DNA from: a virus
Taxonomy: Duplodnaviria > Caudoviricetes
Length of the DNA: 64,000 nucleotides
IMG/VR virus record: IMGVR_UViG_2930438282_000001
Span: 1 to 64,000 of that record
Strand: one strand, 5' to 3'
A model generated the notes under the pieces. It was not told the DNA's origin, did not search any database, and saw nothing but the letters and a program-made list of their open reading frames with translations. Of this stretch, positions 27,909 through 38,100 are shown one piece after another (the first letter of the stretch is position 1; every line of letters begins with the position of its first letter). A program made the translations under genes and the position numbers.

Positions 27909-29437
27909 GGGGATTCCACCGTCCTCCCCGCACGCGGCGCATCGTCGTCGTCATCGGACCACCAGGCGTCGTCGCCCGGTGCAGGGTCGGCCGGCCGGTA
28001 GGCCATCGTCTGCCCCAGCGGCTGGAGCGCCTCCGCGATCGGCTCGGCCGGCGCCTCGTCGAGGATGACCATCTCCGGGCCCGATCCGAGGTTGGTGAGG
28101 AGGTAGCGCAGGCCGTCGGCCGCGTGGTCGTCGGCGGTGGTGTCCGCGTCCTCGGGGTCGCCCTTGGTGGCGTGCGGCAGGTCTGTCAGTTCGCGGTACA
28201 GCTCGGTGACGGTCTCGAAGAGGTGGATCATCGGGCAGGTTTTCCAGCCCTGCGCCCGGTGGTGCGGGCACGCCGGGCCCTCTTTGAGGTACGAGCGGAC
28301 GCGCTGCCAGCCGGTCACTCGGGAGCCGGCGCCCTTCCCGGCCTGGGTGAGGTGAACGTTGTTTTCGGCGTAGATGTCGGCGATGGCCTTGGCGTCGCCG
28401 CGGGTGGCCCACATCGCGTCGTCCGCGAACCGGACCGCGACGTGCTCGCCTTCGGACTCCGCTGCGAGGATCTGCTTCGCCTGGTCGGCCTCGCCGACCT
28501 GCGTCTTGTAGATCTCCCGGTAGACCCAGACACGGCCGTCTTCGTCGACTGCCGCCCACAGGACGGCCCAGGGCTTGGTGAAACCCCAGTCGAGCCCGTT
28601 GTACCGCTTCCACGAGGCGGGCAGCGTGATCGGCTGGACGACATGCCGGTCCCGCTTCAGCTCGGGGAACATCTGGCCCTGGAACACGTCCCAGTCACCG
28701 TCCAGGAAAGCGCTGCGGAGCTTGCCGTCGAGGGCCTGAAGGTCTTGGGCGTACTCCGGGTTGACGTGCGGGTTGTCGGACAGCTTGGACGGGATGAAGC
28801 GGACCGTCCGGCCGCGCACGTCCCGGATGACTTTCTGGCCGTAGTTCGTCGGCTTGATATACCTCGACTTCACGGCGCCGTGACCCGCACCACCTGGGTT
28901 GGTACCTGACCGGATCCCCAGCACGGGAATGTCCCGGCGCCCGGACCGAAGCCGGGACTCCAGGAAGCTGACGACGTCCGGAGGCGTCAACGTCCGCTCG
29001 TCGAACAGGAGCTTCTGGTACTGGCCACCCTGCCGGCGGGTGGCTTCCTGGATCGTCTTCGCGTACCGGAACATGATCAGCGATTCGTTCGCGAACCGCA
29101 GCTCGTACTCCGTGCCATTCCAGGAAGCGCCCAGTGCCTTGGCGAAGCCGACTTGCGCCAGTTCGGCGATCAGCGACTCCTTGAGCTCCGGGTACGAGCG
29201 CCGGAACGCCCCCACTCGTAGCCCGGGATATTGGTCGCAGTCCCGGATGGCGTCCATGAGGAGCGCCTTCGTCTTACCGCCGCCGGCCGCGCCGCCGTAC
29301 AGAACGTCGAACTCTGTCGCAGCGTGGAACTCCAGCTGCTTCGGGGTCGGCACGTAGTTGAGCAGCCCGAACACGTCGCGAGGCTCGAACGCCCGGGCCG
29401 CGTGCTCGGCCCAGTCCAGCGTGGCGGTCACCGGCAC
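27899..29437 (-). CDS. terminase large subunit
   Basis: Walker A GGAAGGGKT, FDE, TNPGG, GLDWG, DDHAADGLRY. Confidence 0.97.
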   Translation of the reverse strand: MPVTATLDWAEHAARAFEPRDVFGLLNYVPTPKQLEFHAATEFDVLYGGAAGGGKTKALLMDAIRDCDQYPGLRVGAFRRSYPELKESLIAELAQVGFAKALGASWNGTEYELRFANESLIMFRYAKTIQEATRRQGGQYQKLLFDERTLTPPDVVSFLESRLRSGRRDIPVLGIRSGTNPGGAGHGAVKSRYIKPTNYGQKVIRDVRGRTVRFIPSKLSDNPHVNPEYAQDLQALDGKLRSAFLDGDWDVFQGQMFPELKRDRHVVQPITLPASWKRYNGLDWGFTKPWAVLWAAVDEDGRVWVYREIYKTQVGEADQAKQILAAESEGEHVAVRFADDAMWATRGDAKAIADIYAENNVHLTQAGKGAGSRVTGWQRVRSYLKEGPACPHHRAQGWKTCPMIHLFETVTELYRELTDLPHATKGDPEDADTTADDHAADGLRYLLTNLGSGPEMVILDEAPAEPIAEALQPLGQTMAYRPADPAPGDDAWWSDDDDDAPRAGRTVESPWG

Positions 29438-29449
29438 CGCCCCTCACGA

Positions 29450-30127
29450 TCAGGCTCCGGCAAGCGACCTCAGGTGACGCGGGACGACCTCAGGCACGCG
29501 GGCCTGCTGCTCAGGGGTGAGCTGCAGGTCGCCGAGGATCGCGCGGATCGCCTGCGCCACCAGAGCGCCCTGCTGCTCGGCAAGCTGGATGCGACGCTCC
29601 TCGATGCCCGCCTTGATGGCAGCCGAGCACACCTTCACCAGGTGGTCGCGTTCCTGCTGGTAGAGGCGGAGCCAGACGCTCGGGACGGCTTCCTCGGTTG
29701 TGCCGTAGTCCTCGCCGCCGCTCTTTTCCTTTGTGACGCCCCAGACCAGCGGATGCTCCCGGTCCGTGCCCTCGACCCGGGCGTCGGACTCGATCTCCTG
29801 CACCCGCTCGCGCAGCCACGCGACGTGGCCGGCTGTCCACTGGACCTCTTCGAGGAGTGCTTCAGTGGCTGTGGTGTCGATGCGTCGGCCGTACGTTTCG
29901 ACGAGTGCGCGCGCCCTGGTCTCGGTCATGCGTTCCTTCGCCTTCGCGAGGTTCTGGGGGGCTTTCCCGCCGTGGACCTGGCAGATGTTCTGCCCCTGCA
30001 TCGCGGGATTGGGGCACTGCTTGGTGCCGCCGGACTTCTTCGTGCGGGCCCAGCAGCGGCGTACGCCGTTCTTCCGGAACTCTTCGAAGCCTTCCGGCAG
30101 CTCCCGCTTGTGGCCGCGGCTGCCCAC
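29450..30127 (-). CDS. terminase small subunit-like protein (HGG-motif Zn domain)
   Basis: C..RTK..G.QC.NPAM...C.VHGG motif directly upstream of TerL. Confidence 0.8.
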   Translation of the reverse strand: MGSRGHKRELPEGFEEFRKNGVRRCWARTKKSGGTKQCPNPAMQGQNICQVHGGKAPQNLAKAKERMTETRARALVETYGRRIDTTATEALLEEVQWTAGHVAWLRERVQEIESDARVEGTDREHPLVWGVTKEKSGGEDYGTTEEAVPSVWLRLYQQERDHLVKVCSAAIKAGIEERRIQLAEQQGALVAQAIRAILGDLQLTPEQQARVPEVVPRHLRSLAGA

Positions 30128-30179
30128 TACTCGGCTCCGGGCTGGGGTGGCGGGGTGAGGGTGTCCACGCCGGTCTCCT

Positions 30180-30500
30180 TCAGGTGATGGCGAGCCAGCC
30201 GATTTGCACGACGGGCTGCTCGGGGCTGTCGGTGATACGCAGCCACGTCATGTATCTGCCGGGCTCAAGGGACGGTCCCGGGCTGCCGGGACCGATGAGG
30301 ATCTGTGCCCGGTACGAGCTGATGGCCGTGCTCGGCTCGGTGGACTCCCAACCGCCCGGATACCAGTCGGTGGGCCGGGCGCTGCCGCTGGTGAATGCGA
30401 ACTCGACCAGGTCGTTGGTGGGGTTGTAGGGCTGGCCCTGCACGGTGGCGGATACCTCGGCGCCGACGTACTCGCGGGAGTCGCGGTCGATCTCCTGCAT
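30180..30500 (-). CDS. phage hypothetical protein
   Basis: 106-aa beta-rich ORF in the operon. Confidence 0.75.
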   Translation of the reverse strand: MQEIDRDSREYVGAEVSATVQGQPYNPTNDLVEFAFTSGSARPTDWYPGGWESTEPSTAISSYRAQILIGPGSPGPSLEPGRYMTWLRITDSPEQPVVQIGWLAIT

Positions 30501-30509
30501 CCCGCCCCC

Positions 30510-33158
30510 TTATTCGTCGATACGCCAGCGGGATCGGGTCAGCCACGACCGCCACCCGCGCGCCCGTTCCTCTGCTTGCCAGCGGCCGGGAGCCTGCTCG
30601 GCACTCCACCGTGCGGCGCCCTGCTGGGTGGTCCAGCGGCCGAACGGACCGCGCACGGTGACGACGAGCGCGCGGAGGTTCGAACGGACCGCCGTTGCCG
30701 CCGCCGTCACAGATGTGATGGCTTGCAGGGCAAGCTCGTAGAGGCGGCCGGAGCGGATGCTGGCCGCGACTGGGACGAGCGCCTGGTACGCGCTCAGTGT
30801 CGTGCGGCGGATCGTACGGGCGGCGGTCGTCAGGACCGCTTGCCGAGTCAGGCTGATGCGTCGTCGAGCACTCGCCGCGGTAGTAAGGCCGGCTTCGAGG
30901 GCCAGGCGCACGGCGCCCCGCACGCTCGCCACCGCGGCCGTGCTGGCGACCGCGGCGAGGGCCTGCTCGAGGAGCCGTTCCGCCCGGCTGGCGGTGGCCA
31001 CGGTAGCGGTGCGGGCGAGGCTCGCGGTACGGGCGATCCGGGCCGCCGCGGTGGTGGCGGTGGCCAGGTTGAGCCTTGGCGTGCGGGTCAGCGCAGCGCC
31101 CAGGGCTGCGGCGGCCGTGACGGCGATCCCTGCGGCTCTGCGCGCCGCCGCCGCGGTGGTGAGGGCGGCGGCCTGGGTCAAGGCCGTCGCGCGCTGTACG
31201 GCGGCGTCGGCGGCCACGGTGGCGGCCGCAAGTAGGCCGGTGGCCCGTGCGGTCTGCGCCTTTAGGAGCAGGATCGCGGACGCGGCCAGGTCGGCGGTCC
31301 GGCGCGCGGCGGCCGTGGTGAGCGCGGTGGCCGCGGCGCTGAGCTGCGTGGCGCGGGTGATGGTGGCGGTGGTGGCGACTTGCGCGGCGAGGATGATGCC
31401 GTGCGCGATCTGGCTGATGCTCACCGCGGCGGTCGTGGTGACGGTTGCGGCGAGCGTCCGCGTAAATGCCTGCCCACGCTCGAGGCCCGTAGCGAGAGTC
31501 GTCGTCACCGACCGGGCAAGCGACGCGAGCCGCTGCACGTAGGCGCTCGTCGTAGTGCTGGTCCCGCGCGTGATGTGGACGGCCCGCCGGACGGTGTCGG
31601 GCAGGCTGACAGTGGCGGAGAGGACGGTCGAGAGCATCCGCGCGACGGTCGCCGCGGTGGTCGTCGTACACGCACGGGCGAGCCCTGCCGTACGTCGGCA
31701 CGCCGCGGTGGTGCCCACTAGAGCTGACCGGCCAAGCGTCACCCGCCGGCTCATGCCTGGGCCAGCGGTGACAGCGGCTGCTCGAGCGAGGAGCGCATTG
31801 CGCGCAGCGGCGCCCGAAGTGGTCACGCTGGCGGCCCGGGCGAGAGCTGCCACCCGAGCGCATCCCGCCGTCAGGAGCACGTTCGCCGAACGGGGCAGCC
31901 CGATCACCCGGGCCATCGCCGCCGCGGGACTGACCGTCGTCTGCAGGAGCAGGCTGGTCATGCGCCCCCACACCGCCGTACTGACGGTAGTGACGGACGC
32001 CTGCCGCAACAGGCCGGCTCGACGCTGCGCGGCCGGCCCGGTCACGCTGGTCGTGGTCAACGCGCCCAGGGTGGTGCGGCGTTGCGCCACCCTGGCGGCC
32101 GAGACTGCCACGGCCTGGGCGAGAAGTGCCGCCCGGCGTACGGACGCGACCGTGCCGACGACGGCGGCGAGGACGGTGAGGAGGAGCAGGCGCCTGGCTG
32201 ACGTCGCAGTCGTGACGGCCGCAGACCTGGGCAGAGCCGTCGCCCGGGCGACAACGGGTGCGTTCGTGGCCGTGGCCGCGCGAACCAGGGCGGCGGCCCG
32301 GGCCACGCCTGGTACGGACGTAGCCGTCGCCGCACGGGCGAGTGCGGCCCGCCGGCCGACTCCGGCCGTGAGAAACGCCACCGCGGCCCGGGCGGAAAGT
32401 GCGAGGAGGCGAACAGCGGCAGTTGCCGTCGTCACGGTGGCCGCACGGGCCAGCGCAGCCGACCGGCCCGTCATTGCGCTTGTAGTGGGTGTCGCAGCCG
32501 CGCTGATGTTGTAGACGGCCGGGCCGGACGCCGCCGTCAACGCCACTGCGGTGCACATCAGGCCGCACGACACGGACGTCGTGGCGGTCGCGGCGGCGGT
32601 CGCCGCGATCTGGTCCACAGCACCGACGCCGACATTGAAATTCGACGCGAATGACGAGACGAGATTGACGCGCGACGTCCACGGCGAACTGGGCATCGTC
32701 GCCGAGTACGTACCCGAGTTGACGGCGCCGTGGCACCAAATCAGCACCGACATGTCCGTGCCTGCCGCGCCGGTCAGCGCGGGTGAGGCGAGGGACGTGC
32801 CGTTCGTCTTCGTGGTCCGTGTCGGGTGCAGGTGGACGGGCGTGCTGGTATTGACGCCGGTGTAGCGGACTATCGCTCCCGCCAGTTCCAGCGGGTTCAG
32901 CGAGGGGGTGATCGTGTAGCTGGCCGGTTCCGATGAGGCGATCTTGTAATAGGTGAAGAGCCGTTCGCCGTCGGTGGTGTCGTTGAAGTTGTCCAGCACA
33001 GTCCAGCTGGAGAGGCCGGACAGGGTGATGCTGGCAGTGTCTGCGGAGAACGCAAGGATGAGCAGATCGCCGTTCGTTGTCCCTGACGGAACGTTGATCG
33101 TGAGGCTGCTCGCGTTCTGCGCGGTGTTCGTAGACGAGGACCCGAACGCGATCGCCAC
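30510..33158 (-). CDS. large Ala/Thr/Arg-rich repetitive protein with N-terminal beta domain
   Basis: VPSGTTNGDLLI...YYKIASSEPASYT domain, then about 600 aa of A/T/R quasi-repeats. Confidence 0.8.
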   Translation of the reverse strand: MAIAFGSSSTNTAQNASSLTINVPSGTTNGDLLILAFSADTASITLSGLSSWTVLDNFNDTTDGERLFTYYKIASSEPASYTITPSLNPLELAGAIVRYTGVNTSTPVHLHPTRTTKTNGTSLASPALTGAAGTDMSVLIWCHGAVNSGTYSATMPSSPWTSRVNLVSSFASNFNVGVGAVDQIAATAAATATTSVSCGLMCTAVALTAASGPAVYNISAAATPTTSAMTGRSAALARAATVTTATAAVRLLALSARAAVAFLTAGVGRRAALARAATATSVPGVARAAALVRAATATNAPVVARATALPRSAAVTTATSARRLLLLTVLAAVVGTVASVRRAALLAQAVAVSAARVAQRRTTLGALTTTSVTGPAAQRRAGLLRQASVTTVSTAVWGRMTSLLLQTTVSPAAAMARVIGLPRSANVLLTAGCARVAALARAASVTTSGAAARNALLARAAAVTAGPGMSRRVTLGRSALVGTTAACRRTAGLARACTTTTAATVARMLSTVLSATVSLPDTVRRAVHITRGTSTTTSAYVQRLASLARSVTTTLATGLERGQAFTRTLAATVTTTAAVSISQIAHGIILAAQVATTATITRATQLSAAATALTTAAARRTADLAASAILLLKAQTARATGLLAAATVAADAAVQRATALTQAAALTTAAAARRAAGIAVTAAAALGAALTRTPRLNLATATTAAARIARTASLARTATVATASRAERLLEQALAAVASTAAVASVRGAVRLALEAGLTTAASARRRISLTRQAVLTTAARTIRRTTLSAYQALVPVAASIRSGRLYELALQAITSVTAAATAVRSNLRALVVTVRGPFGRWTTQQGAARWSAEQAPGRWQAEERARGWRSWLTRSRWRIDE

Positions 33159-33188
33159 GAGCTGCTCCCTCCCTCGCGGGGGCGCTCG

Positions 33189-33833
33189 TTACTGGTACTT
33201 GACCGTGAGGGTGTAGCTCACCTGGTCGCCGGAGGCGAGCGCCTGCGCGCCGTGGTCGGCGTGGAAGAACAGCGACCCGTTGGTCACGTTGCTCACGCCG
33301 GGGATGTTCCCGCCGGTCACGGTGTCGCCGGAGGCGATGGTGGAGATCGCGGTGGAGCCGTTCTGCGCGCGGGTCACCGTCAATGTGTTCGTCGAAATGC
33401 TCGTGATCTTCAGGACCTCGGTGCGGACCTGGATGTACTGGTTGACGGAGAAGTTCGCGCCGTTCGCGACGACCAGGGTCGTCGCTGAGGTCGAGCCGAT
33501 GACAGCGGAGCCGGCCTGGACCGAGTCGACGGCGGTGGGCTTGGACGCACTGTCGGACAGGGCGACCTCGGCGATCGACTGCGTGGAACCGGACGTGAAG
33601 GTCGCGGTCACCTGGTAGGTGTCGGACGGGGTGGTCGTCGTCACGACCGACGACGTACCAACCACCCGCGACTCAGACGCCTCCTTGAACAGGCCCACGT
33701 CAGACACAGCAGCGCTGAGACCGGCAGGGTTCTGGCCCCACGCGGCGTTCAGGGGCTCGGCCTGCGTCGGCGTGCTGCCACGCATCCGGCCAGCGATGAT
33801 CTCCCGCCCCTTGGCGGTCACGACAGCCCCCAT
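33189..33833 (-). CDS. virion-associated fibre/baseplate-like protein
   Basis: VVTAKGRE N-terminus and TLTVTRAQNGST motif. Confidence 0.75.
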   Translation of the reverse strand: MGAVVTAKGREIIAGRMRGSTPTQAEPLNAAWGQNPAGLSAAVSDVGLFKEASESRVVGTSSVVTTTTPSDTYQVTATFTSGSTQSIAEVALSDSASKPTAVDSVQAGSAVIGSTSATTLVVANGANFSVNQYIQVRTEVLKITSISTNTLTVTRAQNGSTAISTIASGDTVTGGNIPGVSNVTNGSLFFHADHGAQALASGDQVSYTLTVKYQ

Positions 33834-33845
33834 CAGGGCCTCCTC

Positions 33846-33953
33846 TTAGTACTGAGCGTTGACGACGCCCTGGTCCTCGACGGTGCCGTCCGCCCTGGTG
33901 ACGACCATGCGAAGTTCAGCGGAGTGCGGCACGTCAGCGCGAGCCCGGCTCAT
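33846..33953 (-). CDS. 35-aa peptide
   Basis: GAGAGG RBS; VVTRADGTVED motif. Confidence 0.55.
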   Translation of the reverse strand: MSRARADVPHSAELRMVVTRADGTVEDQGVVNAQY

Positions 33954-34074
33954 GGCACCTCTCTCACATCTCGGCGTTCCGAAGCAGCCGCGCGGCGTTC
34001 CCCAGGGCGCCGTCGACAGTGAGGCTTTCAGCAGGAGCGGACGTGGAATCGCCATCGGAAGCCATGCCGTCCTC

Positions 34075-34401
34075 CTACTCGGCGACGCGCTCGGGCCAGT
34101 GCCAGGTGCCGCCGGCGTACGCGGCTTCGCGCCAGCCGCATGTGCAGTACCTGAAGGGATCGCCGTGCGAGATCGTGTTGGGACAGTCGGGGGTCCCGAG
34201 CTGCTCGGCGCCGTCGTCGTACTGGACAGCGCGGTTGAAGAACATGCCGGTCGGGTTGAAGACAGCCAGCCCGACCTGGTTGGGGTGGTCGGGGTCGCCG
34301 CTGAGCTCGGTGATGATCGCGGCCCGGCACTCCGAGGCGTACTCGCCTCCGGGGGTGCCGTAGCTGACGTAGTGGACGGTACGGCCGACGCTGGGCTTCA
34401 C
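34075..34401 (-). CDS. phage hypothetical protein
   Basis: KPSVGRTVHY...RAAIIT...GTWHWPER motif. Confidence 0.8.
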   Translation of the reverse strand: MKPSVGRTVHYVSYGTPGGEYASECRAAIITELSGDPDHPNQVGLAVFNPTGMFFNRAVQYDDGAEQLGTPDCPNTISHGDPFRYCTCGWREAAYAGGTWHWPERVAE

Positions 34402-34793
34402 AGGGGTGTCTCCTCGCTGGGCGCCGGACTCATGGGCCGGGCGTGGATCGGCTCGAACGCGATCAGTTCGGTGACCTGCTCAAGGCCCTCGCGTGACGGG
34501 TGCGGATCCCACGCCATCCCACCGTCGGCCCAGACGACGGCGTGCCGTACACCCCGCGGTGAGCGACCCCAGGCCATGCCGTAGGCCACGTACGCGTCAG
34601 GGTCACAGATGACCGCCTGGTAGCCGTGCTCCAGGCAGAACGCGGCAAGCCGCTCCAGCCAGTCGTCGTGCTGAACGAAGTGCGGGACGTCCTCGATCGG
34701 CAGCTCCAGCAGCGAAGCGACTGCAGCCTGGAGGCAGTTGCCGAGGCGGCCGGACGGATCGCTGTGCAGGATCGTCTGCGTGACCGGCAGCAC
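34398..34793 (-). CDS. phage hypothetical protein (papain-like C/H/D motifs)
   Basis: GNCLQAAVASLLE, HAVV, WDPHP. Confidence 0.75.
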   Translation of the reverse strand: MLPVTQTILHSDPSGRLGNCLQAAVASLLELPIEDVPHFVQHDDWLERLAAFCLEHGYQAVICDPDAYVAYGMAWGRSPRGVRHAVVWADGGMAWDPHPSREGLEQVTELIAFEPIHARPMSPAPSEETPL

Positions 34794-34861
34794 GACTTCT
34801 ACCTCCGCCCGGTGGTGATCCGCTGCTGGCCGCGACCCTCAACGCGGCCAGCAGCGGACGA

Positions 34862-35077
34862 TCAGACAGCCGCGTGTGTGCGGCCGGCGCGCTGGCGGGT
34901 GGCCTGCTCGACGCGGAGGATGTCGAGGGCGCGGTATCGGGGCCAGCCGCGCCGGTTGACGGGGGCGATCTTTCCGCGGGCCCGCCATTGGTAGATCACA
35001 TCCCTGGTGACGCCAGCGGCGTTCGCGGCTTCTTCAGTCGTCCAGGTGGTGTTCTGGAGGTCGGTGTCGAGGTACAC
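34862..35077 (-). CDS. MerR/excisionase-like HTH protein
   Basis: TTEEAANAAGVTRDVIYQWRARGKI. Confidence 0.8.
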   Translation of the reverse strand: MYLDTDLQNTTWTTEEAANAAGVTRDVIYQWRARGKIAPVNRRGWPRYRALDILRVEQATRQRAGRTHAAV

Positions 35078-35183
35078 AGCGCCTCCCTGCTGGGTGATAC
35101 GCGAAAGGGCCCCGGAGGCGAGTCCGGGGCCCTTCGGAAGGCATAGTGATCCGCGGCAAATCTGACACACGTATTGCCCCAGG

Positions 35184-35897
35184 TCAAGCGGCTGCGAGCG
35201 AGCGGTGTGCGGTGGCGAGTTGCTGGCTGTGCTCGTGATACTCGGCGGGAGTCAGCAGGGTCTGGCAGTTGACGTTCCGGCACTCGATGTAGTTCTCGCC
35301 GTCGGCACGGAACAGCGTCAGCAAGTCGCACCGCGGGCACGGCAGTGGATGGTGCTCCAGGCGCGCGTCGCGGCGTGTGAACTTCTCGGCGCCTCGGTGC
35401 CACTGGCGGATGAGCGCGGCCGGGTCCATCGTCTCCCCGGTCGTCGGGTCGGTCTCACCGGGGTACCGGTCGAGGACCCAGATCAGGTGCGAGCGGAGAA
35501 ACGTCACAGAGGCGACCAGGTCGACGCCTTCACGGCCGCGGGCATCGCGGGCCGGGAGCTGGCGGCCGGCGCGGATGACGTCTTCGAGGCCGAGGAGGCC
35601 AGTGATGATGTGGTCGGTCAGGATCCGTGACGCTTGGCCCGGCCAGGACAGTACGGCGGTTGTTCGGCCGATGGTGCCGGTTGCCTTCGGTGTGGTGCCG
35701 TTCACCGCCTCGAGCTGGATCGCAACGACCAGCTCGGGGAGCTCGCCGAGCTGGCTGTGCGCGCGATCGGTACAGCGCTGGCAGTGGATCGGGTTGCCCC
35801 ACGCAGGGGCGATCTGGTGCTCCGTGCCGTCGGCAGCTTGAGCAGCCTCGGCTTTGCGCCAGGCGTTGTTGCAGGGACCAGGACAGGCGGCGGGCAT
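35184..35897 (-). CDS. Zn-finger protein, putative late regulator
   Basis: CPGPC, CQRC, CPRC, CRNVNC; position before the late genes. Confidence 0.75.
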   Translation of the reverse strand: MPAACPGPCNNAWRKAEAAQAADGTEHQIAPAWGNPIHCQRCTDRAHSQLGELPELVVAIQLEAVNGTTPKATGTIGRTTAVLSWPGQASRILTDHIITGLLGLEDVIRAGRQLPARDARGREGVDLVASVTFLRSHLIWVLDRYPGETDPTTGETMDPAALIRQWHRGAEKFTRRDARLEHHPLPCPRCDLLTLFRADGENYIECRNVNCQTLLTPAEYHEHSQQLATAHRSLAAA

Positions 35898-35990
35898 GGC
35901 GGGCCTCCCGTGGTGCATGAGGGTTTTGAGCCCAGTGTCCACCAGGGTGATCATCAAGCCGGGTGGACAGCTAGCCAGCCCGCCGAGTCG

Positions 35991-36605
35991 TCACTTGTAC
36001 CAGACGGCCACTCCGTGGTGGTGGGAGCAAGTGCCCTGGTGGTGCTGGCTGTAAGACAACGAGCCGTCATTGCAGAGCGCGGTCGCCCCACCGTGGTCGT
36101 CGACGGCTGGCGCGGTCGTGTGAGGCGCGGCCGGGCGATGCGTTGTGTGGACCGGAGCCGGGTTGCGCGTGGGTGGCTTGGTCGCGGTGACGCTACGGGT
36201 GTGCGACGGTGTCGGGCTGGCGGTTTCACCGGGGGCACGGAGCGTGAGGGTGATCGCGGTTGAGATGCGCACCTGGGCGCCATTGGCGGGTTTGCTGGAG
36301 ACGATCGTCCATTCCTGGGCGTCGTTCGCGGAGTCCTTCATCACGTCGTGCCCGTCGGGTGCGAGGGCTTTGACGTGGTCGAAGCACTGGAGATCTTCGC
36401 TCAGCGGGTTGAACGTCTTGCCGGCCAATTGCGGCATCGTCTGCGGCCAGCGCTCTGCGTGACATCGCGCCTCGAAGCTACCCGCAGCGTAGGTGGGGGA
36501 CGCCTTCGGCTTGTTGCTGGAGCTGGTGGTTGTCGCGCTCGAGCAGGCGGTGAGCGCGCCAGCGAGCACGACAGCAGCGGCCGCGGTGGTGACTGTTCGG
36601 TTCAC
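35991..36605 (-). CDS. lipoprotein with PASTA-like and DUF3761-like domains
   Basis: Lipobox LTAC; ATALCNDGSLSYSQHHQGTCSHHHGV. Confidence 0.88.
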   Translation of the reverse strand: MNRTVTTAAAAVVLAGALTACSSATTTSSSNKPKASPTYAAGSFEARCHAERWPQTMPQLAGKTFNPLSEDLQCFDHVKALAPDGHDVMKDSANDAQEWTIVSSKPANGAQVRISTAITLTLRAPGETASPTPSHTRSVTATKPPTRNPAPVHTTHRPAAPHTTAPAVDDHGGATALCNDGSLSYSQHHQGTCSHHHGVAVWYK

Positions 36606-36612
36606 GGCTGCC

Positions 36613-37131
36613 TCAGCTCAGTCCGTCAACGGCCGTCTTGTACGTGGCGGCCTGCGTGGGGGTCAGGTAGTGGGAGACGCGGACGAGAACAGCGCCGTGG
36701 ACGTAGTTGTATTCGGCGAGCGCCGGCATCGACTTGGTGACTGTCTGGATGTACTTCGCGCGGGTCGTCGCGTCCGTCGCGCTGCTGAAGACCTCGATGG
36801 CGCCGCCGCGTTCGACGTCGCCCTTTTCTGTGCCCTCGACGTCGCTGGGTTTGATTCGGACGTCGGTGAACGTGATCTTTGATGTGTATTGGCCTGGGCG
36901 GCCGAGCAGGTGGTTCGGGTCGTTTTCCGCTGTCACGGTGCCGGACACTTTGGCTGCGCGGACCTGGCCGGAGATCTTCGAGAACGCGTCCTGGGCAGTG
37001 ACGGTGCTCGCTGCTGTCGGCTTGGCGGGCTTGGGCGCGCTGTCCGTGATGGTCGGCGACTTGGTGTTGCTGCACGCCGCGAGGGCCAGGAGCGCAGCGG
37101 CCGCTGCGGTGGTGGTGAGGGTTCGTCTCAT
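36613..37131 (-). CDS. lipoprotein
   Basis: Lipobox LAAC; DPNHLLGRPGQYTSK. Confidence 0.85.
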   Translation of the reverse strand: MRRTLTTTAAAAALLALAACSNTKSPTITDSAPKPAKPTAASTVTAQDAFSKISGQVRAAKVSGTVTAENDPNHLLGRPGQYTSKITFTDVRIKPSDVEGTEKGDVERGGAIEVFSSATDATTRAKYIQTVTKSMPALAEYNYVHGAVLVRVSHYLTPTQAATYKTAVDGLS

Positions 37132-37285
37132 GCGGGCGATCGTCGATGCTCGCGGGATCCTGTGGTGGTCATGTGACGGACTTGTGACGAAGCGTTCGGG
37201 GTCGTACGAAGGATCGTGTCCCGCCTGCGGACCGGATCCGCTCATTCCGCCCCCGACGCCCGATACATCCGGCCACACTGGCCTC

Positions 37286-37465
37286 GTGACCATCCGATAC
37301 GGCGTGCAGGCAGACAGCCGGGACGAGTGCGTCGAAGGTCTGCGCCTCCTCGTCGAGGCCGGGATGGTGCCGATCATGCTGCCCGCGCAGATTGCCGGCA
37401 GTCGGTGGCTGGCCCGGGCCGTACCTCGGCCGACAGACAACCGTCACCCGGATACGAGCGGCTGA
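37286..37465 (+). CDS. small hypothetical protein
   Basis: GTG after a CACACT -10; IRYGVQADSRDEC. Confidence 0.5.
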   Translation: MTIRYGVQADSRDECVEGLRLLVEAGMVPIMLPAQIAGSRWLARAVPRPTDNRHPDTSG

Positions 37466-37488
37466 TCCGGGAGCCGTAATCTCGCGGC

Positions 37489-38091
37489 GTGAATGGAATC
37501 AATTGGGGGGACGTCCCGACCTGGCTCGGGGCGATATTCGCGGCGCTGGCCGCCGCGGCGGCAGTGTGGACACTCAAGAGCCAGCGCGATCAAATCCGCG
37601 AGCAGCAGCGGTTCATCGGTGAGCAGCAGGCCACGATGGATCTGGAACGCACCGAGCTGCGTGCGGTCGCTGAAGACCGGCGCACTGCACAGGCCAAGCG
37701 AGTCCGCATGCACCATCGGAAAGCGGGCGCGACGACCGACTGGCAAGGCGCGGAAGTCCCCGACGACCACTGGGTCGTCACAGTGGTCAACGAGAGTGAC
37801 GTACCGATCCGCCAGGTCGAGGTGCATTTCGGGACCGCGCACCGTGCCTCGGAAGTGCACGAGTGGCACTTGGGCTGGCACGAGTCTCGGACCGGTCAGG
37901 GCGAACGCTTGATGACACCGGTGCATCTCCTGGGGCCCCGCCGCGCGGCCGAGTTCCAGTCGCAGAGCTGGTCTCCGTCGACGGTGCACAACAACCCGCC
38001 GACGCTGTATTTCACAGACGGGGACGGCGGTCGCTGGTCGTTGGACTCGTCTGGCGATCTAAAGGAGTCGGAGCAGCAGCCAGGAATGTAG
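37489..38091 (+). CDS. membrane-anchored hypothetical protein (moron-like)
   Basis: WGDVPTW TM helix, coiled coil, TAATCT -10. Confidence 0.8.
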   Translation: MNGINWGDVPTWLGAIFAALAAAAAVWTLKSQRDQIREQQRFIGEQQATMDLERTELRAVAEDRRTAQAKRVRMHHRKAGATTDWQGAEVPDDHWVVTVVNESDVPIRQVEVHFGTAHRASEVHEWHLGWHESRTGQGERLMTPVHLLGPRRAAEFQSQSWSPSTVHNNPPTLYFTDGDGGRWSLDSSGDLKESEQQPGM

Positions 38092-38100
38092 GCGTCCGGC

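Noticed and set aside
30265-32739. 824-aa alternative-frame ORF and other long Arg/Pro-rich shadow ORFs
   Set aside because: High-GC shadow frames overlapping better supported genes
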